Both the position numbers and the translations under genes were made by a program. Under the pieces are notes generated by a model. That model was not told the origin of the DNA. It saw only the letters and a program-made list of their open reading frames with translations, and searched no databases. Source: Ramazzottius varieornatus (lineage: Eukaryota; Animalia; Tardigrada). From it: a stretch of 64,000 bases of DNA. The stretch covers positions 775,481 through 839,480 of the forward strand of contig BDGG01000002.1 in NCBI GenBank assembly GCA_001949185.1, given 5' to 3'. This document shows, in pieces, positions 12,215 through 24,342 of this stretch (position 1 is its first letter; every line of letters starts with the position of its first letter).

Positions 12215-13187
12215 ATGGCTCGACTTGACTTCGCTACCTGTTCGTGCTTGGTATCGTTAGCGCTCGTCACGCTGACAGATCCAGCTCAAGGATTCTACGC
12301 TTTCCCACCTGGACTATCGCTCATGCAGCCGGGCTCCACCAGCCGTCCTCGAACGAACAAGGGTAGGCGACGACCGCCACATTGTAGTTCGTCAAAATAT
12401 TCGTGAGAATATGGATTTCGGCGGCCGAATTCCCCAACAATCCTTTTATTTCCGAACGACCCTCTTCTTACATCGAGTTGTTGCGAATATTCGGGGTCAT
12501 TGGGTGATCAGTTTGCCGTACCTCGCCTTGGCTCAAAGTCTCAGAAAACTCTTCGCCCGTTTGGGAAAATGTTCCTCCAACTCCTGAGGGGGATTACCAG
12601 CTGAGTTATCAGCTGTTCGGACGCGTTTTGCGTCGAAACAGAAGCACAGTCACATGCTCACACTGTATGATGTCACTGTTACCTCAAGACATCTTAACTC
12701 AAAATTGCGAACGTCTTCAGTTTTTTTGCCGTGAACCTGACAACGGATCAGTCAAGTGTGCTTCTGCGTCGAGTTCCCCGATGCCTGCTACATCTGACTG
12801 CATCAGTAGTTCAACTTTGCCCTTGGCCCTCGGGAGCCCCAAACTTTGAACACGTTTCCTGAACAATCTGCCCACTGATCCATCGTTATGAAATAGGGCC
12901 ACCGAAACCCATATGCTAGGCCGAATCGGGATTTTTTTCGTATGAATGACGAAAGAAGTTCCGCGGAAAAAAATTTTGATCGGAGTGCGGCCACGAGAAT
13001 TTTTCTTTTCTTAGATCGAGTGCCACTGGTGAAATCTGCGCACACGGATGGAGATTTACAGCGCGCGTTATACGCGGCAGGAGCGGGTCCACCAAAATGT
13101 TCGTCAGAAGCCCAGTGTAAACGGGAACTACTGCGCCTCATCAGGGCCCTGCAAAAGATGCGTCTCGTAGAGCAAAAAGCTTCTTAG
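12215..13187 (+). other. Possible small spliced secreted-protein gene or decayed copy
   Basis: Signal-peptide-like start MARLDFATCSCLVSLALVTLTDPAQG; good acceptor ttttcttag near 13014 before DRVPLVK...CKRELLRLIRALQKMRL; no intact joined frame found. Confidence 0.25.
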
Positions 13188-13229
13188 GTTTATCCAAGAT
13201 TGGTTACTGGGTGCGTGTCTTATCTTCAA

Positions 13230-13435
13230 CAGCTACTTTGAAGTACCGATCTAGTGGGACAGTTTTGGGTCCGGGTGCGTGAAAAAGAAGTTTTAGCAGC
13301 TCTAGCTGTTATGTATGTGTCAAATCGACCAGCTGATCGGTACACTGACTGAATGTCTCACCCACTATCCGGGGAGTATTTTTACACGATCCCGGACCTA
13401 AATCCGTCCCACTAGGACGGTACTTCAAAGTACTG
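13230..13435. mobile_element. MITE
   Basis: cagctactttgaagtaccgatctagtgggac ... gtcccactaggacggtacttcaaagtactg; ~55-bp inverted arms. Confidence 0.7.
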
Positions 13436-14277
13436 TATACGTCTATTCTCTATCAACATTGTCGAAGCTTCCACTCATAAACTCCCTGGATCTCGGTAAC
13501 TCGATAAATCATCGATTTGCCATACTGTACTTTCCCTTTACTGTGTTTCTCGATAAGTCAGTCGGAACTCCGGGCTTCAGGTTCGGCAGATGCACTACTG
13601 CGAGCTATAAGCTGGGACATTGTCTAAAGTTCCTCAATAAAACTAGTCCGGATCCATGGCATTCGCTTTGTCACGGCTGTGCCGAAAAGCGTTTTGCTAA
13701 TGGCTCACCGATGTGAAAATCGTTGCTCCTTCGTTCACTCCGCTCAGCTGACCGGTGCCGTGGTACTGTTTTCCCTGAGCTGTGAGGGGGTGGGGTGGAC
13801 AACCAATCGACCATTTAAAAAAAGTGGAGTCGAGCTGACGAACACGTGCGCTGCCGTATAGCCAAAAGTTCAATGCATAATTACCGATGGCAATTAACTC
13901 ATAATCAAAGCCGCGGTTGCATGGAATAAACATGTACTAATGGAAATAGAAATACGACCTTCGATCATTGCTGTCCGCTCTCGCGAGCGAACCGTAAGGT
14001 AACGCATCTCGAATTTCCCGTTTCCAGTCTTCCACGAAACAGAGCTGTCAACTGGCTCCTTTCCATAAGCCCACAGTCTGGCCATACTCCTCTGTCCGAA
14101 TTTAGAGGAAATCTGGAAGACCTGTTACCGCTTGTTGCAGTGGTAAAGACACAGACACACCCGGTCAAGCCGAACTTGTCGTCCTGTCAGCTTTGCCTCA
14201 AAGTCCTACCGAGATGGTCTCACGAGATTGGTAAATGATGTGTTTCTGTTGTTCGGAGTTCAGAGATCGGTCTGACT

Positions 14278-14528
14278 AGGGACAATTCAGACCATGACAC
14301 TCGCAGATCACGATATCAACGCCCATGACGATATCAGCCAAGTGTCTCAGCTATCACGTAATGCCGATGACTACTTCCTGGTCCTGGAGGAAATCCCAAA
14401 GGTGCATCGTCCACGTAGAATCAGTGTCGTAACATGTATAGTGTTACACAACTGACACAAGACAACTCGAAAACTTCTCGGTTATTCGAGAAAACTCCAG
14501 ATTTCACGTGTGGAAGGCGTAAAGGGAG
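14278..14528. repeat. Left inverted repeat arm
   Basis: catcgtccacgtagaatcagtgtcgtaacatgtatagtgttacacaactgacacaag...ttattcgagaaaactccagatttcacgtgt pairs with 19035-19291. Confidence 0.9.
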
Positions 14529-14821
14529 CTTTGAACCTAATACCAGTGAGTAGATTTTGACAGAAGTTGTTACAGCGCCGCAATACGTATAAACATGCCG
14601 AAGATATTTCTTCCCGAAAAGCTGGCTCTTTGTTGGTGGTAGACCGTACGAGTCTCAAAACTTCATTTGAGGTCTGGACCTTAATTACGAAACGAACACG
14701 GAATTACTTGGGGTCAATGAAGGTAAACTGTCAAGGTAGGCGGATATACACAATTGCGTAAACCATTTGCCCAGCCTTCGCACAGTCCCCAAACACAGAC
14801 CCCAAGCGAAGGCTGATTGAA

Positions 14822-15779
14822 CTAACCTGAGATTCGCAGCATAGTTTGGGTCGAGGAGACCATATCTGGTCGGACGTATCGGTTCGAAACGTTGCTGCTC
14901 CATCTACCCATGGCCCTAATCTGTTCCATGGAGCATCCGGCTTTAGAAGCCGTCGAAGCCGCTCCTATCCGGAAACTATGAGGTAAAGCCATTCCCGAGA
15001 AAAATTTGTAGCTCGCGATTGACACGTTGGCGAGTCAGGTAGCATCCATCATGGGAAATGAATAATGGTATATGTCTTGCTGATGATCTGACCAGCATAT
15101 AAGCGTGAAGGGCTTATACGGGACAAGTATCCGTTTAAGTTTTTGTTAGATAAATTGCAGGAGGTGTGGTTTTGCGATGGGTTTCATCTCGCCGCAAACA
15201 TATTTGGACCGAATTGCAGGATATTTGTAAGTCATTCAGGACAAGGTTCGATTTGTCAAAACTTGTCTCCTTCGAGCTGGTATACTCGGACACACGTAAC
15301 ATGCCGTAGAAGGCCATGGTGAAAGCCGACCAAAGCATCAGTTGGTCGTGTCGAGGAATGAGAGATCCGAATAGGCCAGCTTTGAGCTGTCGTAAATGTT
15401 ATACTGTCAGAGGCTTCCTCTTGTATGTGTGGGGACGGGTTTGATTGGTTAGACCTTTCAACATCATTGAGAGGTAATGGTCATTTCTACCAGGATCTTC
15501 GAAACCGTGCTCCAGTTGTTCTGAAAGCACGCCGGCTACATAAACTGTCGCTGTTTTCCCGCTTAGCCCTTCGCTATTCAACCGGGAAACGAACCGTCTG
15601 ATGGTTTGGCGATCCGTAGGGAGATAAGGGATATGATGGCTCAAACAGAAAGAGCGAAATCGCTCAAATCCATTTCGGTAGCTTCTGGTAGAGGGAGCCA
15701 ATCGCTTACCGACGAGCTCTCGCGATCTTGCATCGAGTTCGAAAAGTTTCCGGGTTCTAGCATGATCTCCCGCAAACAA
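14822..15779 (-). pseudogene. Tyrosine recombinase of the retroelement (frameshifted)
   Basis: N-terminal LAPSTRSY...F..FC, RKPLT, LWSAFTMAFYGMLRVSEY (catalytic R), HSFRIGAAS (HxxR), MGRWSS; split over three ORFs. Confidence 0.88.
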
Positions 15780-15903
15780 TCTAGGATGTTGTCTGCCATT
15801 ATGGGCTCGGTATCGGCCTTGGGATGATTTTCGAAGAACCGCCCGTTGTCGAATCTAGACACAGCATCAGCCAATGTATTATCGACGCCGCTTATGTACG
15901 TTA

Positions 15904-17457
15904 TTAGCGTGAAATAGTTGTTTGCCACTTCAAATAGATGCGGCGTATCACCGTCATGATGGCGACATTCGATGACGTACATTTTGCCCAGATCTGGACC
16001 ACCAACATATCGTCGGAATGAAATAAGATTCGCTTTGTCTGCCAGTTTGACCCCCAAACACAACACGAGATCAAAACTGGCAACAGTTCCAACAAAGCAA
16101 TGGATGGTTTGGTTTCAAGTAGCCAGCTTGGCCATCGTAACTGAAACCATTCTGCGCCGTAAACACCAACGCAACCGATGCTACCTGATGCGTCGGTGAA
16201 TAGATGCATAGTTGGAGTTGCCACCCATTTTGTCCGAAGACACTTGCACGAGCCATTCCATGTCGGAAGATCTATCCACCACTGCAAATCTGCTCTGAAG
16301 CCATCGTTCAGTTTCAGTTTAGGATGGTCGAGTGGTTTAACCTTATGTGCAAGACTGAGCATCCTTCGGAGGAAGATTCTGCCAGCCGGGATACATTTGG
16401 TTGCGAAGCCCAATTGTCTGCAAATCCTAAGAATTTTCCGTTTAGTAGCTTTCACTCTAGCTTTGTATACCGCGAACAAATCTTGAAGTTCCTTAACTTT
16501 ACTTTCCGGAATGCTGATGGTCTGGGTTTCAGTATCGAGTTGAATGCGGAGGAATGTGATTTTAGTCGTAAGGCCCTCGGTTTTTCCTTCTGCTATGTGC
16601 ACACCAAGGTGTGCACATAATGCTCGTACAAAAGTCAACGTATAATGGCACGCAGGTGACGAACTAGGTGCAGCCCACCAGAAATCATCGATGTAATGCA
16701 AAACGTCGAGCATTCCACCGGTGGTCTTAATTTTCCATTCGAGAATTGTGGAGAGATCATCGAACAAACTAGGTGAAGACCGACGCCCAAACGGCAGTAC
16801 CGTATCGAAATAATATTTTCCATCGCACATGTAAACAAGATGCCAATCCTGTTTCGCGACTGGTATGAGTCTAAACGCGCCCTTCAAATCCGTTTTTGCC
16901 ATCAAACAGCCCTTTTCAAGTTTAAGACAAACATCAATGGCGTCGTCGACTAAAGAGAAGTTAGGGGTATAATCTGTTTTCGAAATGTAATCGTTGACTG
17001 ACTTTCTGAAGGGTCTGGACAAGTCCATAATAAGGCGAACTCCGCCTAGTTTTTTGGGGCGTACACCCATGGAGGAACAAATGAAGTGGGGAAAAGGCGG
17101 ATGGTCCAAAGGACCAACGGTGTGCTTTGCAGCGACCTCTTTGGCTACATAATCGCGTACGACCTCAGGGTGTTCCCGAGCAGTTCGAGCGTTAGGAGTA
17201 ATTTGAGAAACATCAGGGCCGGTATAACCCAGGCGAAAACCATTGACAAGACCATTGACGAAATAATCAGCAAATTCGGAGTCGGGATAATCCTTCAGGG
17301 CATGAGCAAACCGTTCTGGTATCAACGGGACATATGCTTTATCAGGAATTTCAACAGAAGTAAAATGACAAGTGGTAACAGGAACGGGTGCTAGCGAGGT
17401 AGATGAAAATACTAAGCGCAGCGATGGGTGAGCTTGGTATGCCCGGGTTTGAGGCAT
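15904..17457 (-). CDS. Reverse transcriptase / RNase H of the retroelement (3' end frameshifted, continues to about 15800)
   Basis: PKKLGGVRLIMDLS, SVND, MAKTDLKGAFR, LPFGRRSSP, HYIDDF, DLQWW, FTDASGSIG, LLELLP; downstream ISGVDNTLADAVSR. Confidence 0.92.
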   Translation of the reverse strand: MPQTRAYQAHPSLRLVFSSTSLAPVPVTTCHFTSVEIPDKAYVPLIPERFAHALKDYPDSEFADYFVNGLVNGFRLGYTGPDVSQITPNARTAREHPEVVRDYVAKEVAAKHTVGPLDHPPFPHFICSSMGVRPKKLGGVRLIMDLSRPFRKSVNDYISKTDYTPNFSLVDDAIDVCLKLEKGCLMAKTDLKGAFRLIPVAKQDWHLVYMCDGKYYFDTVLPFGRRSSPSLFDDLSTILEWKIKTTGGMLDVLHYIDDFWWAAPSSSPACHYTLTFVRALCAHLGVHIAEGKTEGLTTKITFLRIQLDTETQTISIPESKVKELQDLFAVYKARVKATKRKILRICRQLGFATKCIPAGRIFLRRMLSLAHKVKPLDHPKLKLNDGFRADLQWWIDLPTWNGSCKCLRTKWVATPTMHLFTDASGSIGCVGVYGAEWFQLRWPSWLLETKPSIALLELLPVLISCCVWGSNWQTKRILFHSDDMLVVQIWAKCTSSNVAIMTVIRRIYLKWQTTISR

Positions 17458-18892
17458 TGCAAACAGTTATGGGCATAGTTCTGATAGCATGGTTCAGCGC
17501 AGCCACCGGGTTCGTTGAAACGACTGCAAGCCAGGACCACAGCTTTAGGTCGATTACCATCAGAGTTAGAATTAGAGCCATCAGATTGCATGTTAGAAAA
17601 TCTATTAGAAGAGGTATTCACACCTTCTTTCTTGCTGGGGCATGTTTTTGCGATATGGCCCTTCTCGCTGCATATATGGCAGGTAGCGGTGCGAATCCAC
17701 TCAGAGTATGGACCTCGAGCAACGGTGCTGATAACTGTGGCGGTAGTAGCAGTTGGCTTGAAACTATTATTAACGGCCTTAACGATATCACGGTCTTCGG
17801 GGTACCACCCGGTTACATCAGAATCCGGCAATGCCATCTTTTGACGGAAACGTTGGTCATCTTCTAACAAAAAGCGCACGTCAGGCTTTCGTGAAGCCAA
17901 GCCCCGGATAATGCCACTATAGGCAAGGAAAGGTCTAGCCATATCGGGGTAATAGTAGCTCCGATAGAGAGAGTCAAAAACGCATCTTGCCAGGAGGGCA
18001 AGTCAACGATCACCAAGTGTCCTGTACTAGGGTCACCAGGTTGTTTGCGCTTGGTGTTATCAGGCACATATCTACCAGTAAACAGATCCTGGAAAACCAC
18101 GTAGGCTGATTTTTGTCGAAGCAACTTGTCACCAGTAGGAGTGACTGGGGGGAAGTTGAAATGAGTAGAAGGAGGTGGCTTTTTTGAAACGACACTGTAG
18201 ACAACTGGGGTAAGTGAGGAAGGTATTTGATTGCCGTACTGCGGTAGAGGCGAAGGAGCCCGGGAGACCGAGTACGTTGGGGAGGAGCGTACCTGACGAT
18301 GGAGTGACTCGTTTGTAGCTTCCAGCCGCTTGACATGACGAAGGATGGCGGCAATCTCTTCTGGTGTCGGGTAGGTGGCGTTGGTAGACAACCACGGATC
18401 CCTTCCATGTCGGCCTGCTTGTTCGTCTTGTAATCGTCCACCGGAAGAATGTCCCATGTGACCCATCAAGACGTCGTGTCCACCAGGTCCAACTTGGCCA
18501 CCAACATACGCGCTCCCTTCGTATTCCATTCTTTTTTCCTGTCTTCCTGATCTATCCGACACGCGAAGTAATTCCTGTCTTTCCAGTCTTCCAGATCCAC
18601 TTTCCAGTCTTCTGGATCCATTCTCCAAGCGGCTTGGGCTTCCCTGTCGGTCTTCTCGTCCGGGTGCTGCGAACAGCTCCAAGGCCCGATCCACACTGCC
18701 CGCGCGACGAACGTCTTTCAACGCCGAGCGAAGGCGTTTGGCGAGAGGCACCTCTGGTAACGTGGTAAGAACTTGACTATCATCAGGCCTAGCTGGGTAT
18801 TTGGTACCGTAACGGTGTCGTGTAGGCTCTGAGGTCGCGAGTTTGCCATCGAGAAGACTTAAAAAAGCTGAGAAAAAAGCTGATGTGCTCAC
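17412..18892 (-). pseudogene. gag-like ORF1 with zinc fingers (frameshift near 17950)
   Basis: SWQDAF / FLAYSGII / DDQRFRQKMA...W block, CHICSEKGHIAKTC knuckle, CSRFNEPGGC...HNCLQCLKPGH finger typical of Ngaro-type gag. Confidence 0.78.
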
Positions 18893-19034
18893 TTCGTGAA
18901 ACAGTGACTGACTCCAGCTATAGTTTAAAATGTAAGCTACTCAGGATCCACATGGCAACCTAATCAAATTACTATTCTGTAATGAGGGAAATGCCGAAAT
19001 GGCGTCAACGGCAGTGTAACACCTTTCGGCGTTA

Positions 19035-19291
19035 ACTCTCTTTCACGCCTTCGACACGTGGAATCTGGAGTTTTCTCGAATAACCGAGCAGTTTTCGAGG
19101 TGCCTTGTGTCAGTTGTGAAATACTATACATGTCACGACACTGGTTCTACGTGGACGATGGGATTTTCTTGAGGTCAAGGAAGTGGTCATTCCCCTCCCT
19201 TCCCCATACTTAAGACAGAGCTAAGGGACTTGACTACTACCTAAAAGCATTGATATCGTGATCGGCGAGTGACAGGGTCTGAATATTCCCT
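19035..19291. repeat. Right inverted repeat arm
   Basis: acacgtggaatctggagttttctcgaataaccgag...cttgtgtcagttgtg...ttctacgtggacgatg. Confidence 0.9.
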
Positions 19292-20998
19292 CGAAAGTAT
19301 TCTTTGGTCATCTCGAGCAGGGCCGGCATTTGTGCGTCCGACGATCACAGCGAACGACGCACCTTCGGGATTTTCCGCAACTCCAGGGAGGAGTCGATGG
19401 CATCACTTCTCCATAGTTCATCGAGAGCTAGGAGTATATCTATTAGGTCAAAGCATCGGATACATGATCGGCCTATGACATGATCTGAAGATCCCCTTGT
19501 GAGTACAGTAACAGTTGCTTAAAGATACACTAAAACATTCAAACTTCACTTGTGCGTTTCCGCCATATTGTTTTTTGGACGGTAGTTCCGACCAAGTTAT
19601 TTCAAGATGGTCCGCGTTCGTCGATCTCTTTATTCTTTCACTTTTCGTTCTCGTGTGGCTTGATGGCATTGACAGTCGTAACTGAAATATAGCATATGTC
19701 ACTAAGCATTCGCGAATTATCAGATTCAAAATTGGTTGACAGAGGGACCTCAACCGTGGTTCTGAACTTTCTGATTAGCGGCTGATGAAGGCTCTGCTTC
19801 CGATCCCATTTTTACCAGAACGACCCGCGTCCTGGATCAACGTTCTGCCCTTTTCAGTCGACGCAGACCTTCCAGCATGAGACTCCCACCTGCCTTACAG
19901 GAATGCTCCCAAACCCTACCTACACGCGGCCTGCCACGTGGAGACCGAGACTTTTCCCGTATACCTAGCTCAGACATTAAGCTCTACAGGCCCACACCAT
20001 CATGTACGCTATCCGATCTTCCAAAGGTTCGAGCTTGAATACCGACAGCTACTCAACCATGCCAGAACTCAACTTCTCTGTCAAACGATGACAATTACTT
20101 GTTGACTGCTAATGCTGCCCTCAGAGTCGACCCTTACCTTTCGTCCAAAACGACGACTACACGACACCTCCGGAGATTAGCCCGGTTCTTGATTATACGC
20201 AAAGTGCTCACACAGTTCCGTACATTCCATATGAACCGGACGGACCAATTCGGCATGGAAGGACCGACCTAGTGGTATTTATGCGGCCTCGAACAAGCTG
20301 GGACATTTCGGTGGGAATGTTTTCAAGATTATGAACTCTCGGTTTCGGATGGGGATTGTGGAGAATTTGAACGACAGTGGTGCTGCTGCGGTAATTTATC
20401 CATATTCACGGCTGAAATGAGTTTTTTGTTCGTATTGAATCATTATTTTATTTTGCAGTGCCGAGGATGCACCTGAAGGGAAGAAACCTCGACGACGGTA
20501 GCGATACCTTCAAATCTGGTTGGAGTACCGAACTCGGCTTTCGTTTGTTCGCCTCAGTTTTCTATCCGATCATGAGAAACTAAGTATCTCGTACATCCGT
20601 CGATCTTGACGACGTAATTATGCGTTATATATATCGGCAATTGCCGACTATTAGTAGATCAATCGACGAATGAAGTGAAATTTTACTGTCAATCAGATTC
20701 TTCCGGCATTGCAAACGAAAAAGCTGATCAACTGGGAATCGAACTCTAGGTCTTCAGATCAGCGATTGTTGACGAGTGCCCCAACTCAATCGCATTGGTC
20801 CAATGACTACGCAGGTTCCACTGTATCGATCGTGCAGGCCGTCGAGATGGACAATGTCCGCATCAGCTGATTGACGCTCGACTGACTTGCCTTGATTAAC
20901 TTGCCTTAATCTTCCCCGAAGTTCTCTTCCATTCTTCGGATGTATTCTAGAGTCCTAACTTTCCAGAGAGGCTTCCCTGCCAGACTTTTCTCTTTACC

Positions 20999-22679
20999 AT
21001 GAATAACCTAGTACTATATCTCATTCTTTGCTTGGTTGTAGGGAGAGGAAGGGTGACCGGGGAAGAATGGCGTTGTGCCGACTGTCAGCACATCACTTCT
21101 GTCAAAGCCCGCATTCTGAACCAGCTTGGCCTTCCCGCTTCGTCCTTCGCCTCTTACGACATCGTATGGCCTGTTCTGCCTTACCGTCACAAGCGAACCT
21201 TCCTTGACGATCCTTTCTACCCGGAGGCCGAACACTTCATGTCCATGAGCCTCTTTGGCCGACGTCTGACCGCTTACCTCAACCCCTCAAACATCACATC
21301 TTCTTCCGCATGCTTCTTCCGTGGACGCGTGGAAACCTGCGAAAGGGAACAATGCACGATCGGAAAAGCAGCTGTAAGTGATTGTAGCGATAGGGGAATA
21401 TTTGGGTATTTCCAAGTCGACAATGATGGCGTCGCTCTGTCGCCTTTACCTTCCGTGATCGCTACCGCCTCCCAAGATGCCATCGGTGGACATTTAGCTA
21501 AGCTTATTGAACCTCTCCAGATGTGGGATGACATTCCTGCAATTGAAGCTTACGTCAAGGAACAAAACGACAAACAGCAAAGAGAAAGGAATCATTTCCT
21601 TCCGACGTTCAAATATTCACCGTTGCTCGATGCTTTCTTCCCTTTACCTCTTCCCGCTCGTTATTCAACTCTTTCGGCTCCGGACATGGAGCTGAGCACT
21701 AAGGAAACAGGGCAGATAGAGATCAAGTTACGGATTTTCGTCGATAAAGACATGGTGGATATTCTGGACAAGAAGTACGGCGATGTTTCATCGGAGCAAC
21801 TCACTTCCGTCCTGTCGGCCATCAACGCCGTCCAAACCATCTACGACGATACGTCGCTGGGTCCTGTCGGAGTGCGTTTGTCGGTGGAAGAGGTGGCCTT
21901 TGAACGGGAAGGTGAAGCGCAGAGTCTGCAGTTGGGAGACGGGAACGCGGAGGAATACTTGACTGCCTTCTGCAACGGTCAGGATTCGCTGCTGACAGCC
22001 CAAGCTGATGTGACCATGGCGCTGACTGGCTTGGATCTGTACGGTCTGCTGAATAACATCAACAAGGACAAAGTCTACTCTGGCTTGGCCTTCAAGAACA
22101 ACAAGATCTACGGAGTTACTGGACGTAAGTATCAAAAGGAAGGGGAGACATTCGGCCATTTTCTTCAATTTCGGTTTGTTGCAAGGCGAAAATCTAAATT
22201 GTAGTCAATCAACAAGTTTCTGAAACTGCATGCGATGACGACATCATGACGTCAACCACTCGAGTAACCAGGATGACGTAATCAACCGAGTTCCTGCTTA
22301 CAGTGTCATACACCGGTGGAGCCTGCAGGCAGAATCGGAATTGCATGGTGGTGGAGTTTCGGAAGGAGATGGAAAATGTCGAAACGATCGCCCACGAGGT
22401 TTGTGCCATTCTGCCTAAACTCTCGAGTCAAACGTAACGTTACTTGTAGACTTCTGATTCACGTTTTCGGACTAGTTGGGGCATGCACTGGGGATGAACC
22501 ACGATGGAACCAATAACGACTGCGACAGCTTTGCCGGGAAGATCATGTCGCTGAGTGTTGTACGTCAGCGGTCCGGATGGTCTACTTGTAGCGCCGAGAG
22601 CTTTCAAAGCTTCCTCCAGAAACGAGGGTCGTGCTTACTGAAAATCAACCAAGGCCCAAGCCGCAAAATATCTCAATGA
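20999..22679 (+). CDS. Secreted ADAMTS-like M12B (reprolysin) zinc metalloprotease, prodomain plus catalytic domain only. Exons 20999-22124, 22304-22398, 22476-22679
   Basis: Signal peptide; prodomain (CFFRG, AAVSDC, GIFGYF); catalytic IFVDKDM, IYDDTSLG, YLTAFC, LTGLDL; spliced zinc motif HE|LGHALGMNHD; Met-turn KIMS; WSTCS; stop right after CLL. Confidence 0.9.
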
Positions 22680-23766
22680 CTGAAGGCCTCCCTGTTCCTT
22701 TTTCTGCCCCTTTTCTAATGCATTGTATCGAAGCTTCCTCGAAGTCTTTCTGAGTGGATTATTTTTGTTTTACTGACTTTTATTCTGGTCATATGTATCC
22801 GATGTCGTCTCACGGCTAAAACTGTAAAAGCACCTCCGGTTTATCGTTTCGCCCGGTTAAACCTGAACTTTGGTGAAGTGAAAGATGTTCCAAAAATTTA
22901 ATCACTGAACGTTACTGGGTTTCTACAAACGAGCAAAGATGTTTAGGTCTGTGCGATCATCGTTCGCGCAGCGCGCGGTGTTTGTGTGTTGGTAAAAAAC
23001 TTTCAAAGTACTACTGTAACTGGGCTAAAATGATAAAAAAAACGATATAGGCTCAACGGTACCGTACCTGATCAGTCCGTCACACGGAATAATGAATGAC
23101 AAGCTGCATATGAAGACTGGCCGGCAAAAGACATCCCGCTAAGCCCTTGGACCTGATGACCTTCACCGGATTACGGGGAATAGCGTTCGCAGTTGGAAAT
23201 TCTTGTTTGCGCGTTGGCAGTCCAAGACACTGTTCGGAAACCTGGAGCCCTAATGACACTACAATCTTCCGCGATATATTGATTAGGTAATGAAATGTTA
23301 TCCAGTATGGTCCGTGAGAACTCGGAGGCATATGATCCATCCTAACGCTGGTGGACGCTCCCACGCGCACAAGGATGATTAAAGTTGATTCAATGTAAGG
23401 CGTCTGGGCTCCTCGACAGACTAACGAGTGGTTTCCTGAACTTGCGTGGTTTGTATGCAGGAAATTACAGGTCGAAAATGGATACTGGTGCTCAGTTAAC
23501 CTGCCCTCCTCAATTCCCAGTGGCGGTACTGCGGGGATACGATCCAAACACCACTCAGGTACAAAAACAGAGAAAGTGAATCAAATAGACGACACACAAA
23601 GGACATAAACCACACGAACGAAGAAAACAAAAAACTGTTGTAGGCAAAACAAGGGTGCTCTCAGTGTTGTTCGATATGGAGAGGCCTCTATTAATACCAT
23701 GTGGCTTACTGTACCCATCTCTTAGCGGCCATGCAATGCTCAAAGTTCTTCTCGTTCATGATCATA

Positions 23767-23887
23767 CTGTAACGCTTCATAAGCTTCGCGGGTGACGTCA
23801 CATGAAGCGTATGCTGTATGCGTCATGTTATCCGTAAACACTACGCGTGCTGACACGTTACTTCGCGAAGTTCATGAAGCATCACAG
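23767..23887. mobile_element. Small MITE
   Basis: TA|ctgtaacgcttcataagcttcgcg...cgcgaagttcatgaagcatcacag|TA. Confidence 0.6.
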
Positions 23888-24342
23888 TAACTTACACAGT
23901 TGTGACGGCTACAAAAGCAGATAATGGATCACAGGACGACCCTAAGCTATCGCTTACTGTGTAGTCCGTTATCAAAGGTACCACCGTTCAAACCCTCACA
24001 TTTGCTGTATGGGGCCCCCGGTGTGAATGGAGCAATGCAGATATCGCTGTCAGGTCCCCAAACATCTTTTAATAAATTCAAGCAAAGGACGGACCGATTA
24101 GTCGCACAACGGTGTAATAATCATATGGCTGTTCATGATACAACATCCGCAACGTTAGCCGCAGATAAGCACAGCTTACCTTTATTCATGTAAAACTGTA
24201 GAAGAAACTTTGCATTAACCTGACCAATTTGACTACATCCAGTATGAATTAACGAAGCTGGCAAGAACAAACAAACTCCTTTCGAAACGGTAAAAAACAG
24301 CACAGACCAAAGAATCTTCCTCTGGACTGTTCATCCAATTTT

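Larger units (their letters stand above)
14278..19291 (-). mobile_element. Tyrosine-recombinase retrotransposon (Ngaro/DIRS group), decayed, bounded by ~250-bp inverted repeats
   Basis: gag, RT/RNase H and tyrosine recombinase ORFs in order on the minus strand; 14278-14528 is the imperfect reverse complement of 19035-19291. Confidence 0.9.

Noticed and set aside
20720-20800. tRNA-like B-box (gagttcgattccc) on the minus strand
   Set aside because: No convincing A-box or cloverleaf
23080-23580. Exon-like open stretches downstream of the metalloprotease
   Set aside because: No disintegrin or thrombospondin motifs and no family recognised
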